A stretch of 57,588 nt of DNA from a virus (Duplodnaviria > Caudoviricetes). Made by a program: the position numbers and the translations under genes. The DNA lies in the IMG/VR virus record IMGVR_UViG_3300031707_000018, positions 1 through 57,588 of that record; one strand, given 5' to 3'. This document shows, piece after piece, positions 18,701-27,160 of this stretch. Numbering within the stretch: position 1 is the first letter of the stretch; each line of letters opens with the position of its first letter. The notes below the pieces were generated by a model. It made no database searches. It had not been told where the DNA came from and saw only the letters and a list, made by a program, of their open reading frames with translations.

Positions 18701-20256
18701 CCCTTGTACGCGTAGAATTCACCACGTAGGGCTGCCGTCTTGGTGAACGGCAGGTGCTGTTTGGCGCGGAGTCCCGCGGCGCTGAGGAAGTGGCCGATTG
18801 CCTGCTTCTCCCGGATGACCCGCCCTCCACGGATGGATTCGACTGCCCGCTTCGGCTCAATGCCGGCGAACATCTGGAGTCGTTCCCACCAGGTGAGATC
18901 GGCGCGTGATTTAACCTGGCCGAGCTTGGTCCACCCCAGAGGGCCGAAGAGGTTCTTCTTCAGCCAGGCGCCTTCCGGCGTGACTCCCCACACCGGGTTC
19001 TGGGGGCTGGTGTACTCGTACTTCCTGCGGGTAGCCGCCGCATGCAGCGATTCGAGGATGTTCCTGGGATGGCCGCCGAGAGGCATCCTCGGGGAGTACT
19101 GCGGGCCGATCCCATAACGCTCACCCGCCTCAAGGGCAACTCGCTGGATCTTGTTCCACCAGCTCATGCCCGGCTGACGGAGGATGTCTCTGAAGCCTTG
19201 GCCCGGCTGAAGAGGTTGACCTAGCTGGGGAGCTCCCAGCAAGATCTCGGACAAGGGCTTGGCGATCGTGGCGCCCATGCGTATCGCAGCCGCTTTGCCC
19301 ATACCGGAGCCGAGACGCCCGATCTGGTATCCGGTGGCCAAAGGGTGCGCGCCGATGACCTTGTAGGGCATCCCCTGCCGAATGGGCGAGACGCCGAAGA
19401 TCCGGCCACCCATGTACATGGCTTCCTGCATGCCTGCAGAAGCCTTGGCGGCGAGCTCTGGAACCCCGTAGATGTTCTCCTGGGCCAGGTGGGCCAAGAC
19501 CGGGCCCCGCTTGAGCAGCTCCGTGGGAGCCAGTAGCTCGAGCGGGCGCCACATGGTGAACGGGAATCTGACCGAGCTGAGAGCCTTGGCGATGCTCTCA
19601 CCCATGGTGGGAGCTGCCGGTTCGATTGCAGCTTGGGCCAGCTGGGCAGCTGCCGCCTGGGAGTGCATTCCCAGACGGGCGGACGCGCGCTGGAAGGCGG
19701 GCATACTGGACAGGGAGGCGATCTGCTGAGGCCAAGTTGCGGGTACGGGAAGAGAATTCGGGTTCGTGGACGCGTACCGATTCAGCATGGCAGAGAGGAC
19801 TTGATCCCTATTCCCAATGTAGCCGGCCCGGGCAGAGTAGAGCTCCCGAGCTATCCGGACGTCGTGCTCGAGATCGCCGGAGAGTTCTGCTCGGGCAACA
19901 CCCTGGCGCGCTCCGGGCCCGCTGCGGGAGAGCCACTGCTGAACTTGGGTGAGCCAGCCGGAGCCGCCCTTGCGCTGGGTCAGCTGGGTCATCTGCTTCT
20001 GGATGAACTTGGTGGCGTTGCGGACTTGCTGGGGAGCGAAGTGGCGGAGACCGACGTAGGCGCCGGCAGCAAGAAGGGCGGTGTAGGCCACCCCGCGGAC
20101 GTAGGGGTAGCCCTGGGAAGCTTCGAGGTTGGATCTGTACTCCTCGCGGTCCTCAGGCCGGACGTATCCGATCTGGTCCCGTTCGGAGAGACCGCGCTCG
20201 TCGAGATCCTGTTCTCCGTAGAACGGATCCTGGCGCAACTCGTCTCTGCTGGGCAT
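15745..20256 (-). CDS. Large tail protein at the tape-measure position
   Basis: 1503 aa, directly downstream of the tail assembly chaperones; hydrophobic/Gly-zipper segments; degenerate thermonuclease-like OB segment. Confidence 0.6.
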   Translation of the reverse strand: MPSRDELRQDPFYGEQDLDERGLSERDQIGYVRPEDREEYRSNLEASQGYPYVRGVAYTALLAAGAYVGLRHFAPQQVRNATKFIQKQMTQLTQRKGGSGWLTQVQQWLSRSGPGARQGVARAELSGDLEHDVRIARELYSARAGYIGNRDQVLSAMLNRYASTNPNSLPVPATWPQQIASLSSMPAFQRASARLGMHSQAAAAQLAQAAIEPAAPTMGESIAKALSSVRFPFTMWRPLELLAPTELLKRGPVLAHLAQENIYGVPELAAKASAGMQEAMYMGGRIFGVSPIRQGMPYKVIGAHPLATGYQIGRLGSGMGKAAAIRMGATIAKPLSEILLGAPQLGQPLQPGQGFRDILRQPGMSWWNKIQRVALEAGERYGIGPQYSPRMPLGGHPRNILESLHAAATRRKYEYTSPQNPVWGVTPEGAWLKKNLFGPLGWTKLGQVKSRADLTWWERLQMFAGIEPKRAVESIRGGRVIREKQAIGHFLSAAGLRAKQHLPFTKTAALRGEFYAYKGARQGLSDWVNYHINRPGWLLQELTGLGLKQGKTPLESLWKIGTRVAAPAYFGWQALQYADYKSRSYFGYGPISGPAVLYTKMRSTAQEILDSVGITNKARELEEKYPGLVDSPLSRGFQAVAFPLGGAHIGRALGGAKGGMIGLILGATAGFLGATGVTKPAEELRQIYQGEKEVPVHADRWWALGRQPFGGSRIKYWKKHWLAEYMSDYRDTAIYGNRKEAWRGSWLPTPENWFLLKNLYDPYYVENLHYYDRPYPTTSPMFEDVPLVGGVLGATVGRLLKPTMYRPVEMPNNYGLPHAAIAGNAQADALGMSPYMVQQAPPMTKWRLSQMTGETLHRLFEWTGLPGFAAGAMKETITGQPGWFERDTLLAASGMMTSTERSYYEKNLGGLLGMTEFIRRFIPRGRRNAIYNPIENVAPDWLPGHRSVFPGDRTGYLDFHSGDPYTALEKGEARLPGPGYESLHDLHSLEAGVYDDFDKFKILSDIAPFSDAFKYYKRTIEGQIQQGELSKQDLSRYYQTIDNLDERIESRISTYSNRFSTGAFASDTVTIERLLSGTQFQVQEMPGVTFQLAGVKDRVADMDSTQLGQFNRLKNRMSQMVGEQIEMTWGGSGVITPAIIGSVNREAIASGLEADRLNGLGYQAKYGVGGAPAAYEKLIHTELPAPLDYFRTKWLGTRSPVEEYEQFQVYGTANTNWSHPFKNYILPWYHSWTHTPTAESYRARQITGYMDRLQYLKYQQLASMAEQGGNAGLAMQLRHDARHSLEALQPSEADYWKNIYSALPPAERPYFNAFAGTTGEEEQERIIEAVPEYMRHHYIGLWKRKMPGGEFNSPILQRYADEAETASKIPVDVRVAEFFGQYPTPPKDWMGWHPGVDLESITIRTAQSEGLDIHQLGYWESQALQAEKTFPELEGPEIERDPSLDRRDNLMSDMARMGYTNIRETPNFSDDGNVRVEVKRSRRSYLERSRSPFNAASHTGGEW

Positions 20257-21005
20257 CAGCTCCCCGACCGCAACTGTCTCAGGTTGAACTCACCCGCTGG
20301 TTGAGACCTCTCGAAGGCCTTGTAGTCCTTGAGGTCCTCATTCCAGCTGAAGGTTCCCTTCTTCGGCGCTTCGGTCGGCGCAGCTGGCGCTTGGGCTTGG
20401 CCTGGCTTGGGCTTCTTCTCCTTGATCGGCTCTGCTCCCTGGAGGACCCTGGCCAGAGCAATATGGTAGATCAGCTTCTCAGGCTGCCAACCATTCACGT
20501 CGTCCGGCAGCAAGCCCGGGAAGGTCTTGAGGAGGAGCAGGAGATTCTCCTGCTCCGGCGCCCTGGCGACTCTGTCGAACAGGGCCAACTTATCCTCGAA
20601 GACCCTGGAATCCCTGAAGCCGGACGCGACCCAAATCGCCTGGTAGAGCGAGGTGAACTCGCTCATCGGCATCTTCTCCGGCAGCTCCTTCGGGTACAGC
20701 AGGCAGTCCTTGACGAACTGGTCCACTGCCAGAGCCGGCGCCGATGGCATGTTCAGATCATGCTGGATGGCATCCTCACGGGTCGGGGACCGGAAGGCAT
20801 ACTCCTTGTCCCCAACCTGGACGAGCCACAACTCGCTCCACTGCTTCCGCCAGATCGGAATCTGCTCCAGGACCTTGGCCGGCAGACGCAACCCGACGTT
20901 CGACTTCTCGAGCGCCACGCGCGCCAGCTCAGGCGGTTCCCAGGGCCCTCGAGGAGCCGGCTCCAGAGGATTCTGGAACCGGCCCGCTCGAGAGTTCATG
21001 TCCAC
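20256..21005 (-). CDS. Tail assembly chaperone-like protein 2
   Basis: Shares YxxRxxxRxE/D...CxLxP...L...I...SGF pattern with the upstream gene; lies between tube genes and the tape-measure-like gene. Start may be ATG 20999. Confidence 0.6.
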   Translation of the reverse strand: MDMNSRAGRFQNPLEPAPRGPWEPPELARVALEKSNVGLRLPAKVLEQIPIWRKQWSELWLVQVGDKEYAFRSPTREDAIQHDLNMPSAPALAVDQFVKDCLLYPKELPEKMPMSEFTSLYQAIWVASGFRDSRVFEDKLALFDRVARAPEQENLLLLLKTFPGLLPDDVNGWQPEKLIYHIALARVLQGAEPIKEKKPKPGQAQAPAAPTEAPKKGTFSWNEDLKDYKAFERSQPAGEFNLRQLRSGS

Positions 21006-21006
21006 C

Positions 21007-21471
21007 TCACAGGCGGATGGGCACCGCGTCTTCGGCCCCGAAGCCGCTCGCAGTCAGGATGAGATCGGCGAGAGTCGTCGGCAGACCGGCGGGCAGCTCG
21101 ACCCAGGCCAGCTGCTCGGTCTTCGGGTGAAGCGTGCATTTGGACGCCACCATCTCGTCGTTCTTGATCTTGTCCTGACCCTGCTGCATGAGGGCGATGT
21201 ACTCGCCGCGGTTCATGCCGCGGTAGATGTAGAGAGTGCCGAGGACGTGGATGGACTCCACGCGGGGGAACTGCGCCTTCCATCTCTCCACCATCTCCGG
21301 AAGCTCCTTGTTGAGCGACCGGAGATATTCGACCCGCTTGCCCCTGGCTTCCTCGCGGAGGCGCTGGATCTCGCTGCGGTCGTCGGCTTCCCCCCGCTTG
21401 GAAGGATCCTCCTTCTTGGCGGGGGCCTCTCCTGGCTGTGCTCTGAGGTGTTCTGCGTCTGCTGGGTTCAT
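21007..21471 (-). CDS. Tail assembly chaperone-like protein 1
   Basis: 154 aa; WKAQF...LYIYRGMNRGEY...KCTLHP...PAGLPTTLADLILTASGF; synteny after tube genes. Confidence 0.7.
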   Translation of the reverse strand: MNPADAEHLRAQPGEAPAKKEDPSKRGEADDRSEIQRLREEARGKRVEYLRSLNKELPEMVERWKAQFPRVESIHVLGTLYIYRGMNRGEYIALMQQGQDKIKNDEMVASKCTLHPKTEQLAWVELPAGLPTTLADLILTASGFGAEDAVPIRL

Positions 21472-21498
21472 GAGGAACCTCCTAGAAGAATCACGGCC

Positions 21499-22260
21499 CT
21501 AATGGGCGCCTACTAAGGCACCCCCTGCAGGGGGTACCGACTTAGCTGGGTCTCCTGCTCGGACTTCCTTCGCGAGGAACCTGTAGACCTCGCGGATGAC
21601 ACGTCCTCCGTCGGGGACCTCGATCTCTGCCTGGACCATCTCGCTGACGAGGTGCACGTCCAGGATGTATCTTGTCAGGGCCGGATCTGGGTGGTCCGTA
21701 TCCGTGCCCCAGACCATCATAATGTCGAAGCCCTGGGTGAACAAGCCTGGACGGTCATAAGCCTCCTCGAACCTTCGCTGGGTATTCTGAGCTGGTCTTA
21801 CAACATCCGGATATGCAGGCTTCCGATCCCACCATTGGTTCTTGTACTTCTCGAACTCGTTCTCCCGGGACTTGGATTGCGACTGGGCAATGGCTGACAG
21901 TCGGACCAGCTGGTCGGCCACGCTCATGTTCAGTACTTCCTCAAAGTTGGGGGAGAGCGTGCGGAAGCCAGCTTCTGGACTCGACAGGTAGTCGAAGTCC
22001 TTACGGCGGCCCAACTCCTGTTCGATCACACCACGTAGGTAGCCATTGAACCTGAAGTTGATGGCCAGCTCGCCGTTGACGATCGTCTGGCCGGTGGCTA
22101 CAGCTCGGAGGACCCTGTCGAAGTACCCGAATTTGGGATACTTGGGGTCGGAGACGATGTAGGAGACGGAGCAGGCGTCGTCAATCCATACGCCGCTGAC
22201 GTAGAGCCGCACTTGCGCCGGGCTCCAGTAGTTCTGCAGGGATGAATCTGGGTACTTCAT
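21499..22260 (-). CDS. Tail tube-like paralogue 3 (possible tube initiator)
   Basis: YWSPAQVRLYVSG...VSY...PKFGY...AVATGQTIVNGELAINF...FDIMMVWG...YRFLAKEV aligns loosely with the tube pattern. Confidence 0.65.
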   Translation of the reverse strand: MKYPDSSLQNYWSPAQVRLYVSGVWIDDACSVSYIVSDPKYPKFGYFDRVLRAVATGQTIVNGELAINFRFNGYLRGVIEQELGRRKDFDYLSSPEAGFRTLSPNFEEVLNMSVADQLVRLSAIAQSQSKSRENEFEKYKNQWWDRKPAYPDVVRPAQNTQRRFEEAYDRPGLFTQGFDIMMVWGTDTDHPDPALTRYILDVHLVSEMVQAEIEVPDGGRVIREVYRFLAKEVRAGDPAKSVPPAGGALVGAH

Positions 22261-23003
22261 CCGCGACTCTTCCAGATCTCGGGTTCTGGGAAGCCACCAG
22301 GCCTAGCCATATCACTGGCTCGAATGATACCTTTGCTGGACATGCTACTCATGGCAATGTCCAGAGTTGTTCTCCAACCCGATGGGCTGACAAATGGGCT
22401 GACATACTTGGCCACATAAGTGTATGTCGCCTCGAGAAGGAGATCGTCCACACTGAAGGTCTGGCCCATGTTGGTGATGGTGCACTCGGCAATCACCAGA
22501 CCTGCGGCGAGGCCCATCTCGTTCACGCCGTTCAGGATGATGTGGAATGATGGGATCACGTCTACAAACATAGGGCTGAAGCCTGGAGATTCCTTGGTGT
22601 TCTCCTGGTACAGGTCAACGAAGACGTCCTTGTCCAGCAGGGTGAAGATCATGGACCCTGCGATGGTCCGGACTCCACGGACGTAGTCACGGACGGAGGA
22701 GACACCAAGGCTGCGGACGGGCCCAGCTGGCCGCTCGGAGGAGATCGTCACCGTCTGCAGCTCGGACCAGACTCGGTAGCTACCGGTGGGATTGCTGGGA
22801 GAGGGAGGAATCCAGACGGCGGCTTTGATGTCGACGCCACTGAAGGAGTTGTATTCGAGGTAGGACCGGCCGTTGCCCAGGGTCCACTGCTCGAACTCCT
22901 TCTGCATGTTCGGGTAGGTATTGGGAAGCGCGCTACCGGCCGTTCCGTTCAGGCCGAAGCCGGACTGATCACCGAATGGCTCTGTGCTGGTCTTGAAGGT
23001 CAT
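22257..23003 (-). CDS. Tail tube-like paralogue 2
   Basis: YNSFSGVDIKA, LQTVTIS, RGVRTIAGSMIF, IPSFHIILNGVNEMG, SVDDLLLE all parallel the tube protein. Confidence 0.75.
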   Translation of the reverse strand: MTFKTSTEPFGDQSGFGLNGTAGSALPNTYPNMQKEFEQWTLGNGRSYLEYNSFSGVDIKAAVWIPPSPSNPTGSYRVWSELQTVTISSERPAGPVRSLGVSSVRDYVRGVRTIAGSMIFTLLDKDVFVDLYQENTKESPGFSPMFVDVIPSFHIILNGVNEMGLAAGLVIAECTITNMGQTFSVDDLLLEATYTYVAKYVSPFVSPSGWRTTLDIAMSSMSSKGIIRASDMARPGGFPEPEIWKSRG

Positions 23004-23012
23004 GAGAAGGAT

Positions 23013-23048
23013 CTATGGGGCCCCCCAGTTGCCCAGGGGGCCCCATAG
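23013..23048 (-). terminator. Strong hairpin after the tail tube gene (terminator/attenuator or mRNA stabiliser)
   Basis: CTATGGGGCCCCC / GGGGGCCCCATAG 13-bp inverted repeat; no clear U-tract. Confidence 0.6.
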
Positions 23049-23056
23049 CCAGATGG

Positions 23057-23749
23057 TTAGACGAACGACGAAGGCGCACCGATGTTGCTCGGGGCCTTCT
23101 CCGGATCCGCCCAACCGAGCGACTGCCACGGGATGATGTCCGTGGCCACGAACGTCATGTTCTCGTCCGTCGTGATGTCGTCGATCGAGATACCGGACCC
23201 GGCGTTGAGGATCTCGACTCCGCGGATCACCATCCGAGCCGCGTGCCCGTACTCGTTGAGGGCCGTCAGGACGATGTCGAACGGCGGGATCTGGTCGTGG
23301 TACCACGCCCTGGACTGCTTCACGACTCCTTCCCGGTAATCCGCCACCTCGCCCAACCCAGGACCGGCCTCGAGGGACATGGGCTTGTAGTCGCCCACGC
23401 CGTTCATTCCAGCGTTGAGGCTTCGCCCGCCCCCGTCCTTCAGGAAGGAGCCGTCCATGGTGTCGGACCAGAAGTTCGCCTTCGAGCCCATGGCTTCGAG
23501 CAGGTTGGACCTGTCGAAGACCAAGAAGATCAACGAGCCGGCGATCCCGCGCTTCCCCCTGGAGAACGCGCGAGGATCGGGGGAGCCCATCGTGTACAGC
23601 GGCGCCTTCTCCCTGGTCACCGTGTAGGAGACGCCCTGCAGTTCTCCGATGCGATTCCCCGAGAACACAGCCTGGATGTCGACCCCGGAGAAGCTGTTGT
23701 ACGTCCGGCTGAGCCGGGCGACCGATGCTGCCATTCCAGGAGTCGGCAT
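23057..23749 (-). CDS. Major tail tube protein
   Basis: Immediately after sheath, GGAGGT RBS, followed by hairpin; YNSFSGVDIQA...LQGVSYTVTREKAPLYTMGS...RGKRGIAGSLIF...IPPFDIVLTALNEYG...GSGISIDD. Confidence 0.85.
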   Translation of the reverse strand: MPTPGMAASVARLSRTYNSFSGVDIQAVFSGNRIGELQGVSYTVTREKAPLYTMGSPDPRAFSRGKRGIAGSLIFLVFDRSNLLEAMGSKANFWSDTMDGSFLKDGGGRSLNAGMNGVGDYKPMSLEAGPGLGEVADYREGVVKQSRAWYHDQIPPFDIVLTALNEYGHAARMVIRGVEILNAGSGISIDDITTDENMTFVATDIIPWQSLGWADPEKAPSNIGAPSSFV

Positions 23750-23793
23750 TGTCCACCTCCAAGACTTCGGGTTCGACGGTCACACCACGTTGG

Positions 23794-25170
23794 TTAGGCC
23801 GCCGAGAGTCCGATGCGAATCGTGATGGTCTGGATCTCGAACGCACAGACGATGGTGAGGTCGACCACGATCTGGCCGAGCACCCTCATCGTCGGCGTGG
23901 AGATCACGCTGTAACGGAAGCCCTCGAGAGCGCCCCGCTCCTGCATCTTGCCGAGAGCCGAGTCGATCGCGTTCTCGAGCGCCGAGCGGTTCACACCGTT
24001 GTTCGGCAGCCCGATGAACGGGCCCGCTGCGATGCGGACGACGTTGATCGCATCCTGGGTGATGCGGACAGTTGTGTCCCGGACGAAGTCGGACCGGTGG
24101 TAGTCGTCGACGTTGTGGGCTCCCGTGACGCCCGACACCACCACGAAGCCGGTCGGCTTGGACCAGAACGAGACGAACCGGTACCGCGACAGGTCGTTGG
24201 CCTGGCTGGCGGACAGGTTCCTGAGCATCTCGCCACCGGCGAGCACCCTGTTGGTGAACGCGATCTCCGGCGGCAGCGTGGAGATGAGACCGGCCAGAAG
24301 CGCGTCACCGTTGACGTTGTAGTACCCCTCCACGGGGTTGATGCGCTTGGCGGCCTCGTTGCGGACGCGGACCCATCCCGCGACCACGCGGATGTAGCCC
24401 CCGATGTCGATCGGGTGCCCCTTGGCGTCCTTGCGGACGTTGCTGGCGTTCCACGGCGGGCTCCCGACCGGGATGGTCTCGTCGACCGTGGCGAGGAACG
24501 CGTAGTTGTCCGGGATCCCGTCCAGGTCCCCGTCCGTGACTCCGTCGTAGATGACGAAGTTCGTGCCGAGGAGGGCGGTCGTGTCGAAGGCCTTGAGGGC
24601 GTTGACCCACTGGGACTGAAGCGCCAGGCTGGGAATCCCCGTCCCGGCCACCGCGGCTGACGGCGGCTGGACCCCGATGACCCCGATCGCGCTGTTGTAC
24701 TCCTTGGTGCTCTGGTAGCAGAAGTTGGCCAGCTGCCAACCGAAGTTCTGCGTGCTGAGCAGCCCCGTCATGTCGATGGGTCCCCCGACAGGGAGGATGA
24801 TGTCGACGTCATGGTGGAGCAGGAGCTCGTAGGCGCGCGCCATCATGGCGAAGCGCTGGGAAGGGGTCACGGTGTCTCCGGAGTACCGGTTCCCCGACCC
24901 GTCCGAGAGCACGAACACCTCGAGGTTCCGACCCTGGCCCGCCATGAGCTCTTCCAACTTCTTGGTCAGCTCGGAAGGCGTACCGTCGGCCTTGTCGAAG
25001 GCGTACACGTCCTCGAACCTGGTCAGGATGTACGGATCCTCCAGGGGCACGTTCGGGTTGTCCGTGAAGCCGATGACCGTCACCTTGGGGCCCAGGATGG
25101 GGGGCGTGATCCGGGTGCCGAAGTCCTGGACCTCGGTGCGAACCCCCGGAATGGAAGTGTAGTCCGGCAT
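23794..25170 (-). CDS. Tail sheath protein
   Basis: Start re-called at MPDYTSIPGV (GGAGG RBS); N-terminal PGV motif; C-terminal TVRI...FIGLPN...LENAIDSAL...GQIVVDLTIVCAFEIQTITI sheath signature. Confidence 0.9.
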   Translation of the reverse strand: MPDYTSIPGVRTEVQDFGTRITPPILGPKVTVIGFTDNPNVPLEDPYILTRFEDVYAFDKADGTPSELTKKLEELMAGQGRNLEVFVLSDGSGNRYSGDTVTPSQRFAMMARAYELLLHHDVDIILPVGGPIDMTGLLSTQNFGWQLANFCYQSTKEYNSAIGVIGVQPPSAAVAGTGIPSLALQSQWVNALKAFDTTALLGTNFVIYDGVTDGDLDGIPDNYAFLATVDETIPVGSPPWNASNVRKDAKGHPIDIGGYIRVVAGWVRVRNEAAKRINPVEGYYNVNGDALLAGLISTLPPEIAFTNRVLAGGEMLRNLSASQANDLSRYRFVSFWSKPTGFVVVSGVTGAHNVDDYHRSDFVRDTTVRITQDAINVVRIAAGPFIGLPNNGVNRSALENAIDSALGKMQERGALEGFRYSVISTPTMRVLGQIVVDLTIVCAFEIQTITIRIGLSAA

Positions 25171-25171
25171 T

Positions 25172-26227
25172 CTAGCCTCCCATCGAACTGTAGAGTCCAA
25201 GGTCGTTGATCACAATGCCGATCTGTCCGGTAGGCACTGGGCATCCGCTCGGTGCCACCAGCTCCTGAGGAGCGCCGATACTTACGAGGATGTCGATCTG
25301 CTGGATCCTCCGAACCCGAGCCATCGAGATCCTCTCGGTCCGGACGTAGAACGTAAACGGTCGGTGGACCATGTCGTTCTTCATCCGTCCCACTGGTTCG
25401 TCTGCTGTGCCCTGCCACTCCAGGATCTGCTGAATCCCATTCCACAAGAACACCCAGCGGTACCTTCCCATGAAGTCTTGGAACCACTTCACCAAGCCTG
25501 GGTCACCCGACCCATCCAGCTTGGATTCCCCGTCCAGCCGAGTATTGGTCCGGCCGAACAGGTCGAACTGAATCAGGTGGTCGAACCACCAGCCCTTCGT
25601 GTCCACCGCCACGCCCGGATCGACCAGGTCGTCAAGGTTCGTCTCCCGGATGAGCGGCAGCGCCTGTCTCTCCCGGTCGAACGGCCTCTTCCCAACGGTT
25701 CCTGGCTCCACCCGGGTCTGTGACCACTCGATGGTGTCGTTGAACGGGGCCGGCTGATCCGTCAGTTCCGTGGTCCCTTCGTACTTCGCGGTGGATACCT
25801 CCGATCGCGGGTGCGCGTGAGAGAACACGACCTGGTTCTTGGCATCGAGTCGGAGTCTGTCCGTCTCTCGGGGAGTAGTGCCCCCGCTTAGGAGGACCTG
25901 CCCGAGGAACGAGCCATCTTCCTCATCGACTAGCTCCTTGATCGTGTAGACGTCTCCCGTTGTCTTATTGTACACCGTATCACCCTGCGAGAGATAGCGT
26001 GCGAATTGCAGCCACCCACGGAAGGGTTGGTACGGGTGCTTCACCCAGTATCCTTGGTACGACTGTAGTGCCTCGTTCATCATGGCCGCCAGATCCGTGA
26101 TCCTGGCGCCACGATCCCTACGCTGCCGGTACGGCTGGCCTGTCTTCGGGTTGACCGAGACCGCCAGCTCCTTGTAGCCGGGCAGGTAGACTTCGTCCCA
26201 CACTTCCAGCGTGCCGTCGGGTCTCAT
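25172..26227 (-). CDS. Probable tail terminator/neck protein
   Basis: Start re-called at MRPDG (ATGA overlap); directly upstream of sheath; FDHLIQFDLFGRTN...FQDFM...RPFTFYVRTE terminator-like pattern. Confidence 0.55.
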   Translation of the reverse strand: MRPDGTLEVWDEVYLPGYKELAVSVNPKTGQPYRQRRDRGARITDLAAMMNEALQSYQGYWVKHPYQPFRGWLQFARYLSQGDTVYNKTTGDVYTIKELVDEEDGSFLGQVLLSGGTTPRETDRLRLDAKNQVVFSHAHPRSEVSTAKYEGTTELTDQPAPFNDTIEWSQTRVEPGTVGKRPFDRERQALPLIRETNLDDLVDPGVAVDTKGWWFDHLIQFDLFGRTNTRLDGESKLDGSGDPGLVKWFQDFMGRYRWVFLWNGIQQILEWQGTADEPVGRMKNDMVHRPFTFYVRTERISMARVRRIQQIDILVSIGAPQELVAPSGCPVPTGQIGIVINDLGLYSSMGG

Positions 26228-26826
26228 TCCTTGCCTGTAGCTCCCTCTTTGACCCAGCAAGCCCAGTACTCGATTCTACCATTCCGATCCCGGAATGGGT
26301 GGACCTGCCCGATGTTCCAGATCTTCTCGATGTTGTAGGCTTTGACCGGAAGCCGGGTCTCCTCGTTCGTCGTGACCTCGATGATGAGATCCCGCTTGCT
26401 GGGGCCGGGCTCCACATCGTGGCCGAACCAGAAGATGTAATCGCCAACGCCTACGATTCCGATCGCGGTTCTGTCCTCAAGTTCAGCTGCCACAGCCGGC
26501 CGCGTGACCGGAGCGAAGCGAGCCAGATGCAGCTCGTCCTTGTACTGCCAGCCGGTGCCTGTACAGTTGGGGCAGTCCTGATCAGATTCCTTGGTTGCGT
26601 CATTCCAGCAGCCACACCTGCGATACTGGGTCCGGCGGAGGAAGACGTACCGGCCGCGGAGCTGTAGAATCCCCGCGATCTCCTCGCGGAGATTGATGTC
26701 GCCGGCCCAGTCCGGGCCCTCACGGTACAACGTGCGGAAGCCAGCGTCACTGGTCTGCCGCGTGTCCACCGCGGATGGGGGCCGCTGGACGTTCCAGCGC
26801 TCAGGCTTAATGGGGTCGCCTATCAC
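26224..26826 (-). CDS. Probable head-closure/neck protein with Zn-binding insert
   Basis: GTG start overlapping upstream TGA; CGC...CPNCTGTGW motif; RDRNGRIEYW C-terminus; neck-region synteny. Confidence 0.6.
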   Translation of the reverse strand: MIGDPIKPERWNVQRPPSAVDTRQTSDAGFRTLYREGPDWAGDINLREEIAGILQLRGRYVFLRRTQYRRCGCWNDATKESDQDCPNCTGTGWQYKDELHLARFAPVTRPAVAAELEDRTAIGIVGVGDYIFWFGHDVEPGPSKRDLIIEVTTNEETRLPVKAYNIEKIWNIGQVHPFRDRNGRIEYWACWVKEGATGKE

Positions 26827-27149
26827 TCGAAGCCCTTGTTGTGGACCAAGTTCTTCAGGTCGGAGAGGTTGTTCAGCAGCAACCTCGGATCGACCGCGAG
26901 TCCACCGTTCAGCCACTTCTTCAGGTCTTCACGGACCCTGTTGTGCTCGAACACGAAGACCACCCGCTTGGCCTTCTTGTCCCTCTTCTCACCCAGGTCC
27001 AGACATTTGTGACCGAGCGTGATGAGCACTGTGGCCATCTCGATGTCGGATGTCCGGTAGGAGCAGTCCTTCACCGGCACCGGAGGCACAATCTTGGCGC
27101 CTCCTGAATCGAGAATCTCTACCCCTTGCAGGGGCGCCTGATCTGACAT
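26823..27149 (-). CDS. DUF5659-like small protein
   Basis: YRTSDIEMATVLITLG...VFVF...WLNGGLAVDPRLLLNNLSDLKNLVH; AGGAG RBS before MSDQ. Confidence 0.65.
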   Translation of the reverse strand: MSDQAPLQGVEILDSGGAKIVPPVPVKDCSYRTSDIEMATVLITLGHKCLDLGEKRDKKAKRVVFVFEHNRVREDLKKWLNGGLAVDPRLLLNNLSDLKNLVHNKGFE

Positions 27150-27160
27150 GATGATCTCTC

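Noticed and set aside
20990-21060. Programmed -1 frameshift between tail chaperones
   Set aside because: No slippery heptamer seen; the downstream gene is in the +1 frame, has its own start and is a paralogue
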